A DNA stretch of 64,000 nt from Paramoeba atlantica (lineage: Eukaryota; Protista; Discosea). The number at the start of each line of letters is the position of its first letter. Positions within the stretch are counted from its first letter, which is position 1. Below, one piece after another: positions 1 to 10,574 of this stretch. The notes beneath the pieces were generated by a model, which saw only the letters and a list, made by a program, of their open reading frames with translations, did no database searches and was not told where the DNA came from. The stretch is from assembly GCA_977017575.1 (NCBI GenBank), contig CDRNVI010000051.1:248001-312000 (forward strand), in the 5' to 3' direction. The position numbers and the translations under genes are program-made.

Positions 1-960
1 AAACCCTCAGAAGCGGTAGCCGGCGTCTTGGCGCACATTTTCCACCCCCCTACCCGGGGTTGACCCGCCAGCTTATCCGCAGGACAGGTCCGCCCAGTTC
101 GGATTTTTTCGGAAAAAAAATCGAAAAAAATTTCTCTTGGCGAAAAAAATGGAAAAGATATGTTTTCCAAAATTGTTTCCCCTAATGTATTTTGATAGTT
201 TAGGACCCTTACTACCTTCGAGCCGTGGTATTTTTTGACTGAAAAAGGTGAAAAAGTATTTTTCGGGCCCCAAGGGGGCTTTTTGTGTCGAAAGAATGGG
301 GTGTTTGGAGTCGTACCCAATACGTTTGGTAGGCTTTCATTCATTCCTACGAGTGATTTCCCACGCGCAGGTGTCAGATTTAGTGCACTGAGAGCAAAAA
401 TCACCCCACTTTTACCCTAAAATAGGCTACTTTTGGCTACCTTCTGGCTAGTATAATCTTTCCGTTTTCTTCAGCTTTCCAGGCCAAATTTTCTTTTTTT
501 TGGGGGCTCTTCGGTAAACGCGGTGGTAATTTTCAACGCGAAGCGCGCAGAGTGAGTGACTTCTAAGTTGAAAATAATATTTTTCCAAAATCGACTCCTA
601 AAACGCATTTTAAGATTTTTGGACCTCAGCTACCATTCTACGACATTTTTTTCGACAGATTCGCCTCCTGCCCCTACTGCCAAGGCATCAAAAACGGCCC
701 AAATTCGGGTTGAAATTTCGCAATTTGCACTGAAAAATCCAGTTTTTTAACCCAAAAAATAGCTTACTCATGATCGTTTCGCGATTATCCGTTTTTAGGC
801 TCTTCATTAAACGCGGAGGTAGTTTTCAACGCGAAGCGCGCAGCAGTGGTGACTTCTAAGTTGAAAACAACCACCGCGTTTAATGAAGTCTAAAAACGAA
901 AAATCGCGAAATGGTCATGAATAATCTATTTTTTTGGGGGAATAACCTCGATTTTCTGGC
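1..960. repeat. Copy of an abundant dispersed repeat family with a palindromic core (window starts inside it)
   Basis: 1-500 aligns by eye with the reverse complement of about 55950-56490 (e.g. gtcttggcgc.cattttccaccccc.tacccgggg, tatccgcaggac.ggtccgcc.agttcggattttttcgg, tgtattttgatagttt.ggacc). 581-640 resembles 11267-11330. 651-720 resembles the reverse complement of 19195-19290. Confidence 0.85.
751..938. repeat. Long imperfect palindrome: about 80-bp arms around a 29-nt spacer
   Basis: Arm 751-830 (...ttaaacgcggaggtagttttcaac) pairs with arm 860-938 (gttgaaaacaaccaccgcgtttaa...). Spacer is gcgaagcgcgcagcagtggtgacttctaa. A second core with a truncated right arm lies at 510-575. Confidence 0.9.
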
Positions 961-1530
961 AAAAAATGCAAAATTTTTGCGGGGGATACTACTCTCTCGC
1001 TACCGTAGGTTCATTCGTCGTGCCCGATTTGTGGCGCGATTTCGTGTCCGATATACATGAGGGGCTGCGGGTGTGCATCACCGAACCCGCACCGAACCGG
1101 CCCTTTGCATTTGAGGTCGAATGAGGTCTATTTTAGCCCAAATAAATGGATTGGACACGTATAAAGTAGCTTAAAGTGTAGTTTTTTTAGTTTGTTACCG
1201 TACATAGCCGCCTTACTGTGAAAATATGGTGTACGCTGTATACGGTGCTGTATACGAACGGTGTATGCATTACACAAATCAAATGTACAATTAATAAACC
1301 CTCCACAATACATGCATAATTATTTTACATTATCCTCCTTTTTATATGATGAGCCCTGTTGAGAGCTACGAAAATTTCACTTCACGTATGAAGGTCACAT
1401 CTGCGAGGGATGACGTATACGACGTCATTGTCGCATCGCTTATGCGCACCTTCACGAAGCGCAAAACTCCTTTCGCCCTCCAGCGTTCGTTATCACTGAG
1501 GAGGAGTTGGGAGCCAAGGAGGAATAATGC

Positions 1531-1950
1531 ATGAGGCGCGTATCGCGCACGATGGACAGCTACTTACATGCCACACGCTCTGTGTGTGGCGTGGAGGTTA
1601 GCTCCCAAGTGCTGCAGCGTGTCATCTTCCATCTTGTGGAGCGCCGAGGACACCTTCTCTTGGATTGTCTGCCACGAGGGGTCTACTTCCTTGCAGAGGC
1701 GACGCGTGATCTGGAAGCTTTCTTGGAACAGAACCCTCTCTACGCCATTCCTCATGAAGGAGCTGTGGGGGAGTTCGTGGAGAACGTGTGGCTTTCTGTT
1801 TCAGGAAAGCGTTCCAGATCATGCACTCTGTGGCGCAAACGGAAGAGTGGCCAGCGTAAAGAAAACTTAGCAGAGGAATCCCTTTCTTCTACGGTGATCT
1901 CTTCACCCAACTTGCGCACTCAACCTTCCTCGCTCCCTCAACCTTGGTGA
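1531..1950 (+). CDS. Hypothetical protein (possibly continuing ORF 1346-1534; possible transposon accessory gene)
   Basis: 139-aa ORF in a GC-richer island upstream of the transposases; no recognisable motif. Confidence 0.25.
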   Translation: MRRVSRTMDSYLHATRSVCGVEVSSQVLQRVIFHLVERRGHLLLDCLPRGVYFLAEATRDLEAFLEQNPLYAIPHEGAVGEFVENVWLSVSGKRSRSCTLWRKRKSGQRKENLAEESLSSTVISSPNLRTQPSSLPQPW

Positions 1951-2202
1951 AGCCTCTTTGAAGCCACATTCCTCTCGCGTGATGCGCATTCCTTCCCTTT
2001 AGTTTTCCCTCGCAGAAGCGAACGTTTCCCCCGCAAAATGTACGTAAAAGAAAAAGAGCTGAAATTCAAGAGAAGTGATAAGCTCGATTTTTTTGAAGTT
2101 TGGAGTGCTAACCTTTATATATCATTCTTTTTTTAGATGTCATGCATCTTGTATCATGAATAAGTTAGACATCTTACCCATGAACGTCATCTTATATGTA
2201 TC

Positions 2203-3300
2203 ATGAACAAGTTAGGTATCTTACCCATGAATGTCATCTTACTTTTTGTTTTCTCTCTAGACGATATTTTATCCTGCAATTCTATCATGTACGGCATTAC
2301 CAGAGAGCAACTCAGAGATTTTTTTTTTGAGCTACAGAGAGCAAGTCCTCTTGTCGCCACGGACAATGATCTCAGACGCCTTAGCTCTTCCTTAGCTATG
2401 TGCGCTTTGAACTGCACATGGGAGCAACTGTATGATTTACAGCCCATGTGGATTGCTCCCGAAACTCCGCCTCTATCCATCAGGACTCTCCGCGATGACG
2501 TTGGCCGCATCGCTGATCTTTGCCGCTCTCCTGCTTTAATGAATCCGAAACTTCGTTTCAAGCATGGGGTATCTTGGATGTCTGACGTGACATGCATGAT
2601 GGACGTCACGACAATCCCATGTCGTGCAAGGAAACCGCGGGAAGTATGGGACGAAGCCTCTCAGGAAATGAGAAAAAAAGATGCGACCTACTCCGGCAAG
2701 CACAGGGAACACTGTTTTAAAGTGGAGTTCTGGTTTACGCTTGCCGGAGTCCTTATTTTTTTTCGCGGACCCGTTCCGGGCAGTGTACATGACGCGAAAA
2801 TTTATAAAGAAAGAACCACGCACGGAACATTTCTTTTTGACCATCATGAAGATGAAATGTTTTTGGCGGAGCTAGGATACGTGGGTTGCAACCACTGTTT
2901 TGTTCCATTCAAGACACCACGCAAAGGTTGCCTTGATGAACACCAGGATCGGTTCAACCGCATGCATTCTTGGATTCGTTCAAGAATCGAGCGTTGTTTC
3001 GCTCATTTCGATAAATTTCGTTTTTTTCATGGAACGGACCACGATATTACGTGGGTAAAGGATGCCGTTCAGATTGTATCTGTTGCAGTGTATGGTTTGC
3101 TTGCATCAGAACCCCAATACGACTTTGATAGTGAAATAAATGTACGCTTGCAAAATATCGATGACTCATCTTTTTGTTGGTGTAGCAAAGGGTGTGGTTT
3201 AGTCAAACCGATTGATGAACGGATAGATTGGCTCAAAGAACACATATACGATGTGGGATATGTTCCCAAGAAACCACAGCATGGATCAAAAGCTAAATAA
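2203..3300 (+). CDS. PIF/Harbinger-type (DDE_Tnp_4-like) transposase, copy 1; second catalytic Asp appears as Glu
   Basis: Motifs CMMDVTTIP, GPVPGSVHDAKIY, FLAELGYVG (copy 2 has FLADLGYVG) and SRIERCF. Likely real start is ATG 2287, just after the pyrimidine tract-AG at about 2242-2260. Confidence 0.8.
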   Translation: MNKLGILPMNVILLFVFSLDDILSCNSIMYGITREQLRDFFFELQRASPLVATDNDLRRLSSSLAMCALNCTWEQLYDLQPMWIAPETPPLSIRTLRDDVGRIADLCRSPALMNPKLRFKHGVSWMSDVTCMMDVTTIPCRARKPREVWDEASQEMRKKDATYSGKHREHCFKVEFWFTLAGVLIFFRGPVPGSVHDAKIYKERTTHGTFLFDHHEDEMFLAELGYVGCNHCFVPFKTPRKGCLDEHQDRFNRMHSWIRSRIERCFAHFDKFRFFHGTDHDITWVKDAVQIVSVAVYGLLASEPQYDFDSEINVRLQNIDDSSFCWCSKGCGLVKPIDERIDWLKEHIYDVGYVPKKPQHGSKAK

Positions 3301-3454
3301 AATTAAGTATCTAGTCGTTTTCCATGAATTACGAAATGTAAACTACGTAGTCATATTTTATTTATTTTTATTTGAAGTGCTAACATTTGGATATCATTCT
3401 TTTTTAGATATCATGCGTCTTGTATCATGAATAAGTTAGGCATCTTACCCATGA

Positions 3455-4626
3455 ATGTCATCTTATACAGTGATACCGATACATGTACCATATATACCGA
3501 TACATGTATGTATCATGAACAAGTTAGGTATCTTACCCATGAGTGTCATCTTACTTTTTGTTTTCTCTTTAGGCGATATTTTATTCTGCAATTCTATCAT
3601 GTACTGTATTATCAGAGAGCAACTCAGAGATTTTTTTCTTGAGATACGGAGAGCAAGTCCTCTTGTCGCCACGGACACTGATCTCAGACGTCTTAGCTCT
3701 TCCTTAGCTATGTGCGCTTTGAACTGCACATGGGAGCAACTGTATGATTTACAGCCCATGTGGATTGTTCCCGAAACTCCGCCTCTATCCATCAGGACTC
3801 TCCGCAATCAATTTAGCCGCATCGCTGATCTTTGCCGCTCTCGTGCTTTAATGAATCCGAAACTTCGTTTCAAGCATGGGGTATCTTGGATGTCTGACGT
3901 GACATGCATGATGGACGTCACGACAATCCCATGTCGTGCAAGGAAACCGCGGGAAGTATGGGACGAAGCCTCTCAGGAAATGAGAAAAAAAGATGCGACC
4001 TACTCCGGCAAGCACAGGGAACACTGTTTTAAAGTGGAGTTCTGGCTTACGCTTGCCGGAGTCCTTATTTTTTTTCGCGGACCCGTTCCGGGCAGTGTAC
4101 ATGATGCGAAAATTTATAAAGAAATAACCATGCACGGAACATTTCTTTTTGACCATCATGAAGATGAAATGTTTTTGGCGGATCTAGGATACGTGGGTTG
4201 CAACCACTGTTTTGTTCCATTCAAGACACCACGCAAAGGTTGCCTTGATGAACACCAGGATCGGTTCAACCGCATCCTTGGATTTGTTTGGATTGGATCC
4301 AACCGCGTTCTTGGATTCGTTCAAGAAGCGAGCGTTGTTTCGCTCATTTCGATAAATTTCGTTTTTTTCATGGAACGGACCACGATATTACGTGGGTAAA
4401 GGATGCCGTTCAGATTGTATCTGTTGCAGTGTATGGTTTGCTTGCATCAGAACCCCAATGCGACTTTGATAGTGAAATAAATGTACATTTACAAAATATC
4501 GATGACTCATCTTTTTGTTGGTGTAGCAAAGGGTGTGGTTTAGTCAAACCGATTGATGAACGGAGGGATTGGCTCAAAGAACACATATACCATATGGGAT
4601 ACATGTATGTTCCCAAGAAACCATAG
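3455..4626 (+). pseudogene. PIF/Harbinger-type transposase, copy 2, frameshifted
   Basis: Same motifs as copy 1 with an intact ADLGY. An extra stretch near 4270-4310 (ccttggatttgtttggattggatccaaccgcg) shifts the frame; the C-terminus lies in ORF 4288-4626. Confidence 0.85.
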
Positions 4627-4680
4627 CATGGATCAAAAACTAAATGAAATTTAGTATTTAATCGTTTTCCATGAATTGCG

Positions 4681-4786
4681 AAGTAATGCATGACTACCTA
4701 CAAGGAATGTTATGCACACTTCCTGTGGGAGGCTGAGGTCGGATGATACTATATACTAAGTAAGGGATGGGAAGCATGAAAGGGGG
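4681..4786. repeat. Terminal repeat A (106 bp), exact reverse complement of 10575-10680
   Basis: aagtaatgcatgactacctacaagg...gaagcatgaaaggggg versus ccccctttcatgcttccc...gtaggtagtcatgcattactt; no mismatch seen. Confidence 0.97.
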
Positions 4787-5258
4787 TCTTGTTGGTAACA
4801 AGAGCGCCTGCAATCCCCACATGCAAACGCCGCAAGTACCACTCCGGCTCCCGAAATTGTTCCGGGTACGGGGACGCAAGGCTCTCCTAGGTCCTTCACC
4901 AATGACAGAGAACACTCCGTAGTTAGCCTACCATGTGTCAATCCCACTGGGAGGGTTCCTGATCAAGCACGAGTGCCGCTTTTACGCTTTAGAGTAGTGT
5001 AGCTTTTATGTTTCGGAGGTTCTTCAATTAATTATGCATGTGTAAGCAAGAAATTTACGTAGTGAGACGTCTATGTCAATGTGTGAATGTAGATATTGTG
5101 TGGTATATAGAGCATGTATTTGTGCACCCGCTCAGGAGAAATTATTAAAGGATATTTTGTACAGTATAATGACATGCAGGACCGTAAGTGAAAGTATGAA
5201 AATAGCTGATGTCGTATTCTATTTTACGTTTGTATGCTCAGCGGATACCTAAATGTCT

Positions 5259-6992
5259 TCAGTCTCTTGATATGAATGTGAGGCCCTGTTCTGTGAAAAG
5301 TCTCCATGCTTTCTGCAAGCGTTTCCATGAATTGTACAATCTGAAGTTCAATTCATCACTAGAGAACATCCTTTTCGGACGAGTGCCTATGTCAGCTACA
5401 TTTTCTTCTGTAGGTATATCACAAATGATGAGATTACCCGCAAAGCACTCATGCTGGCTGATGACCTCGTCCAAGGGATGCACACGAGAGTACCCCTTGT
5501 CAAAAGCACGAGAAGCCGCGAGATTGTCGCTTGCGATCACCATATTAGCGTATCCATGCTCGGTAGCCATGGTGATCGCTTGTGATATGGCTGTCGCTTC
5601 TGCAAGCGCAATCGGCAGGTCGCACGACTGCTCGAGTAGGCGGTCCTTACAGATATTTCCGTTTTCCATAGGCCACACCGCCCAGCGAGAGGTGGTTGCA
5701 TCAACCGCAGTGTAGAAAACACGTTTCTTGTATGTCAATCTGGAAAACATGGCCCAGTCCCGGGGCTTATTATTCATAGAAAGAACGCGACACATTCCTG
5801 CCTGTATCAGAGACCGACATGGCTTATCAACCGGTACGCTCCAGTCGGAGATTTCGCCCAAGATACTTTGTTGCTTGGAAATTCGACCTAGATTTCTTGT
5901 CGCCACGCCCAGTATAGCGTAAGCATGACGCAAGTAACCTGCGAATTGATACAGTTTCCTTGCAGATACAATATCCATACGGCCTGCTGCAAGTGCCCAA
6001 CTCTTTACAATAACTGGGTCTGGTATCCATTTTGCCCTTCCTTCGCTTTGTATGATTTTTATGCCGCAATATGTAAACGAGCAAGTTCTATTTTCCAAAG
6101 TCATGTATTTCGTGACAACGTTGAAAAGCTTGAAATTTCGCTCAAGGCGATAATACCAATCTCTTACTGTTTGTTTACAAGATACGACTAGAAATGAGTC
6201 GTATAATAGGGCAATGAATCCTCCCTGGGATAAACTTATTAGACCTGGAGCTTCAGTGCATTCATATAAGGTTTTATCTACGTTCAAGTCGAGATCTCCC
6301 TCTTCTTCGTATAGCATTATTGCCCACATAATGCTTTGTGCAATGCCGCATGCATGCTTGTAACCCATCGGTAATACCGCGGGTCGACATATCATAGGTC
6401 CATGCTTTATACAACAGGCATGTCCAAGACCAGATGAGATCGGTATCTGGTAGTAGCAGTTGCGGATGTCCCCATGCAGAAAACAGAAACCATTCATTGC
6501 GCAATCCCCCAACCGAACTAGAGCGCGGACGAGTACTTGTGTGCTCGGCACGTGAAAGGGAACACCCTCCCCGACAACACGTTCATTGGTCCAGCGCAAG
6601 TCAAAAATTGCTCGCGAATACGTCCCATCCTTAAGTACTGCTATGTACTTTCCAAACTCTCGGGCCATCTCCTTTGTAGTCGATATCAATACCCCACATT
6701 CTTGTAGGTAACGAATGTGCCTCCTATACTGGGAGGAGTCTGGCTCAGTCTTTTCAATGTATTGGGTGTCTGGCGGCAAGGGATCAGTGCCTATAAGGGA
6801 GATTGCCTGTCGCGAAAAGGGGAAACGGTCTAGGCCTGCGCTATCTAACCGGATACCACCTACATTTTGTAGAGGGTAGAGAGTATCCGAGTCGTGTGCA
6901 AAGCTTCCGCGTCTGCGAAAATCGCTATCCTCCGGTGCGTAGTACGCATCAAAAGGGGAGGACAGTTCAGAGCTTAGAAGTTCGGTATCCAT
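5259..6992 (-). CDS. Reverse transcriptase-RNase H of the YR retrotransposon
   Basis: RT: SRAIFDLRWTN, HGDIRNCYYQIP, VLPMGY, ALLYDSFLVV (atypical YxDD position). RNase H: TAVDAT, ALAEATAI, IASDNLAA, TEENVADIGTR. Confidence 0.88.
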   Translation of the reverse strand: MDTELLSSELSSPFDAYYAPEDSDFRRRGSFAHDSDTLYPLQNVGGIRLDSAGLDRFPFSRQAISLIGTDPLPPDTQYIEKTEPDSSQYRRHIRYLQECGVLISTTKEMAREFGKYIAVLKDGTYSRAIFDLRWTNERVVGEGVPFHVPSTQVLVRALVRLGDCAMNGFCFLHGDIRNCYYQIPISSGLGHACCIKHGPMICRPAVLPMGYKHACGIAQSIMWAIMLYEEEGDLDLNVDKTLYECTEAPGLISLSQGGFIALLYDSFLVVSCKQTVRDWYYRLERNFKLFNVVTKYMTLENRTCSFTYCGIKIIQSEGRAKWIPDPVIVKSWALAAGRMDIVSARKLYQFAGYLRHAYAILGVATRNLGRISKQQSILGEISDWSVPVDKPCRSLIQAGMCRVLSMNNKPRDWAMFSRLTYKKRVFYTAVDATTSRWAVWPMENGNICKDRLLEQSCDLPIALAEATAISQAITMATEHGYANMVIASDNLAASRAFDKGYSRVHPLDEVISQHECFAGNLIICDIPTEENVADIGTRPKRMFSSDELNFRLYNSWKRLQKAWRLFTEQGLTFISRD

Positions 6993-7281
6993 TGTTTTGT
7001 GTGCGAAGTGCGTTTGAGATATAATTTATATCATATAATTTATTCTACTATGGGTGATCTATTTCCTACACAGCCACTATCTCCACATTTCTTAACTTTT
7101 ATAGTTGGTCCACTTGTCACAGTTTATTGTGACTTTTACTTCAATGACAGTGTGTAACTGTGTTCCCATATCTCTCGTCCTTCTCGATACGATTCTACTT
7201 ATCACCTGTTTAGCTAAAGTGTTCTAGTGATGCATACATTGTGTGCTTTACAATAATGGGACTGATTGTAAATTATTTATT

Positions 7282-8151
7282 TTATTCCATAGAATAACGT
7301 GTTGCAGTGAGTTCTGACATCCAGCGCCCTCTTCGAAGACGCGTGCTCAGATCAACTCCTTGCCGTGTCAAGTGTCCAGCGCAGCCGTGGCGTAGACAGT
7401 GGAACGACCATGTTTGCTGGCTGTTCCATCCAAATCGCGCGGCCGCGGCCGCTATCAAGCGATTGGCTTGCACCTTGTTCCAAGTCGGAAAGAGGCTTGA
7501 TGTTGTTGAGATTGTTTTGAAGTACCCGAGTAAATGGCGTACTTCAGGTGCTTGTACCGTATCAACGGCAAAGTGGTGACGACCTTTCCCTCCACGAATT
7601 TTTATTAGTACATCGCTTTCGCTGATTTCCACGTCTGATGTCTGAAGACCTACGAGTTCGGAGTGTCGCAAAAGGCCAAAGTAACCAATTGCAAATCCTT
7701 GACCATACGTAATCTCTCCCTGGTCAATACAATATGTGGATAGTACGCGAAGCTGGTCACGTGTGATGGAGCCCCGCGGCTTGGGGTCTAAACAAATTTT
7801 GAGCACCCCTTTAAATCGCCTTCGAAATCGAAGGGTTTGCGACCAACACTCGCTCTCTGGAAGGTCCTCAATTTGTCGCCAAACCAGGGCAGCGCGAAAT
7901 GCTTCCAAGGTGGAGGGTCTGTAAAATCTCGACATGCTAGCACATAAGGCAAGGAAATTCTCTTCTGCCATGTTGCATGCACCATGGACACCCATAAGGT
8001 GTTCCAGGCGATAAAAATATTGTGCTCGTTTTTGAGCCGTTCCCGCCGAAACGCCCACCTGAGCGAGCTGTCTATGAATTCCCACTTGAAGAAGAGAACG
8101 ATACCCTCTCTGAATTTCTGCATCCCGCGAGGTTCGAGACTCTAGTGTCAT
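7282..8151 (-). CDS. Tyrosine recombinase (YR) of the retrotransposon
   Basis: Catalytic R-K-H-R-(H/W)-Y pattern: GLLRHSEL, IRGGKG, SFHCLRHG, RGRW, ATRY. First ATG is 8151, preceded by tttctAG; the ORF is open from 8259. Confidence 0.92.
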   Translation of the reverse strand: MTLESRTSRDAEIQRGYRSLLQVGIHRQLAQVGVSAGTAQKRAQYFYRLEHLMGVHGACNMAEENFLALCASMSRFYRPSTLEAFRAALVWRQIEDLPESECWSQTLRFRRRFKGVLKICLDPKPRGSITRDQLRVLSTYCIDQGEITYGQGFAIGYFGLLRHSELVGLQTSDVEISESDVLIKIRGGKGRHHFAVDTVQAPEVRHLLGYFKTISTTSSLFPTWNKVQANRLIAAAAARFGWNSQQTWSFHCLRHGCAGHLTRQGVDLSTRLRRGRWMSELTATRYSME

Positions 8152-8501
8152 GTTGAGTGCTAGAAATGGCGGAACAATAATTACATTATACAGTATGTAG
8201 TATACGTATGATCTGGAGTTTTCATAAAGTAGACACGTACAACTGGCTACCGTGTGCAACGATTCTTAAATAGCTGAAGTATATAGGTACTTCGTAATAG
8301 AACACTTGTTTATAAATATTGTGTCGGCACACTTATCAGCACCCATAATACATTTATCGGCATCCATTTTTAGTATCTTACTACTTTTTCGGGAGTTTTT
8401 ATCAAATGTACGTGAAAAATACTTTTCTAGTGTTTGATACGAACGCTTACTTTGCTTTCCACTCGTTCTTTCATACTTATTTTCATTTTGTGGTTCAATG
8501 T

Positions 8502-9566
8502 TTATTCATCGCGCCCGCGTTTGCCATGTCTAGGGAGAAATGGTTTTTCACGGTCGCGATGTTGACTAGCTTTGCAGTTCCGGGCCTGGTGCCCCCTTTT
8601 TCCGCAGTTCCAGCACGTTCCACCAGATGTACTGGAAACCGTTTGTCTAAAGCCATAACGGGGCTTTAAGTCCGGAGGAGCGCCGCGAGCGGATGCGCGT
8701 CCTTCAAGATTCAGACTCGGACGAGAGTGATGTACCTGCGACACCGCACGTGAATGCGCGGCGAGATGCGCAACAATGGACTTGTTGCTCGTATCGACTG
8801 AATTGTCCCGCATGAGGGATTCCAGCGTTTCACGGGACACTGAGACTCCCTCGTGCCGCAGTCGATACGACATTACGATCGCACCGGGCTTGCACAACAG
8901 CGTCCACACGCTCAGACGAACCCCGTCGTCTTTCGCGTTCGCGAAGGGGACACCTGGTGGAATTTCGGTCAGTGCCTTGGCGTAGTATGCCCAGTCCAAA
9001 CGTCCTGCGGCAACGTCACAAACTTGGCGTTTGACATTCGGAGTAATCCAGGGCTCCGTGCAGAAGCCGGTCTGGGTAAGGCACGTGTGGATCGCCTCCC
9101 CGCACCGGGGGTCTTCTTGGGTCCCGATAATGGATCGAAAAGCCTCGCGGAGGTCTTTAGACGGGTGCTTCGTATTTGCTTCGGGGTGATGCGTCTGAGA
9201 GTTCACCGTAGGTTTTTCGAGAAGAGACGCCTCTTCTGCACCAAGCTCATCACGAAGCGCAACAAGGACTTGCGCGGGCACTTCGCTGCTTGCAAATGTA
9301 CCATTTTGTACTGCAGCCAACGCGAGACGAATGCTCCGCGAGCCTGGTACACTGCTGCCTCTTCCCGCGTGCGCGCACGCACGTTCTAGGAGAGGATCGA
9401 TTGGCATGCGCTCTTTCGCGAATTGGATTGCCCCGGGAATAACGGTGAGTAAATCCTGACGAACAGTCAGTCCCAGGCGTTTCATTGAGCATATTTGCTT
9501 AAATGCCTCCTCAGCCGAAACAGTGGGTGCTGCAACAGGCACCAATTCGGGGATAGCATCAGACAT
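8502..9566 (-). CDS. Gag-like protein with a CCHC zinc knuckle
   Basis: CWNCGKRGHQARNC (CX2CX4HX4C) near a basic C-terminus. First ATG is 9566; the ORF is open from 9638. Confidence 0.85.
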   Translation of the reverse strand: MSDAIPELVPVAAPTVSAEEAFKQICSMKRLGLTVRQDLLTVIPGAIQFAKERMPIDPLLERACAHAGRGSSVPGSRSIRLALAAVQNGTFASSEVPAQVLVALRDELGAEEASLLEKPTVNSQTHHPEANTKHPSKDLREAFRSIIGTQEDPRCGEAIHTCLTQTGFCTEPWITPNVKRQVCDVAAGRLDWAYYAKALTEIPPGVPFANAKDDGVRLSVWTLLCKPGAIVMSYRLRHEGVSVSRETLESLMRDNSVDTSNKSIVAHLAAHSRAVSQVHHSRPSLNLEGRASARGAPPDLKPRYGFRQTVSSTSGGTCWNCGKRGHQARNCKASQHRDREKPFLPRHGKRGRDE

Positions 9567-9881
9567 TGTAGTATTTTGAAAAACGAACAAAGACGTAAAA
9601 CATGCGTTTTTACACTGCTTACGGAGTGAGAAACTCACAGCCGATTACACATTACCTAAAGATTAATCCAACCGTAACAATATCTACATCAAGACGGGGC
9701 TATCCTTCAAATCAAGCAGCCGTGTAAGCCTAAATTAAACGATAACTTGCATCCCGTGCCGATTCTTGCAAACTAGATATTTTTGAGTCACATCACGACT
9801 CATATTACCAAAGGTTGGAGTTATTAACTCGTCACAAGGTAACCTGACGCGCCGCTTCGTACGGCATTTTCAAACGTATCA

Positions 9882-10431
9882 CAAGCTTAAAAACTGCGCT
9901 TGTAACATACAGAGCGCTTGGCGCACGATCACGGCGCTATATTCCTTGCGTTTAACGTAATTACCGAGCCAATGGGCTCATGTAGTGCGCGGCATGGCAA
10001 CTACATCACAAACTTAAAAGCTACGCTCGTAACATACAGAGCGCTTGGCGCACGATCACGGCGCTATATTCCTTACGTTCAACGTAATTACCGAGCCAAT
10101 GGGCTCATGTAGTGCTCGGCATGGCAACTACATCACAAACTTAAAAGCTACGCTCGTAACATACAGAGCGCTTGGCGCACGATCACGGCGCTATGTTCCT
10201 TACGTTCAACGTAATTACCGAGCCAATGGGCTCATGTAGTACTCGGCATGGCAACTACATCACAAACTTAAAGCTACGCTCGTAACATACAGAGCGCTTG
10301 GCGCACGATCACGGCGCTATATTCCTTACGTTCAACGTAATTACCGAGCCAATGGGCTCATGTAGTGCTCGGCATGGCAACTACATCACAAACTTAAAAG
10401 CTACGCTCGTAACACACAGAGCGCTTGGCGC
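9882..10431. repeat. 127-bp tandem array (about 4.3 units) in the 5-prime region of the YR element
   Basis: gtaaca(t/c)acagagcgcttggcgc recurs at 9902, 10029, 10156, 10282 and 10409; one unit has a 1-nt deletion. Confidence 0.97.
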
Positions 10432-10574
10432 TCGCTCGCATTACGTGTCATGGATTTTGAGAGATAAAGGAAAACATGCAATGGCAGTACGTGAAACCAG
10501 TGCTATGATATTTATCGATCTAATTATCTGCATTGTCTATAAATTTATAGATTTTTTTTTTTTTAAATACTTTC

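Larger units (their letters stand above)
2092..4682 (+). repeat. Direct tandem duplication of an approximately 1.27 kb transposase unit (copy 1 about 2092-3357; copy 2 about 3371-4682 plus 10867-10887)
   Basis: Near-identical sequence throughout. Each copy begins with two approximately 45-bp repeats (tgtatcatgaa.aagttag..atcttacccatga..gtcatctta) followed by a ctttttgttttctct(c/t)tAG tract. Confidence 0.95.

Noticed and set aside
9882-10431. CRISPR-like array
   Set aside because: The units are contiguous 127-bp near-identical repeats with no unique spacers, there are no cas genes, and the context is eukaryotic.
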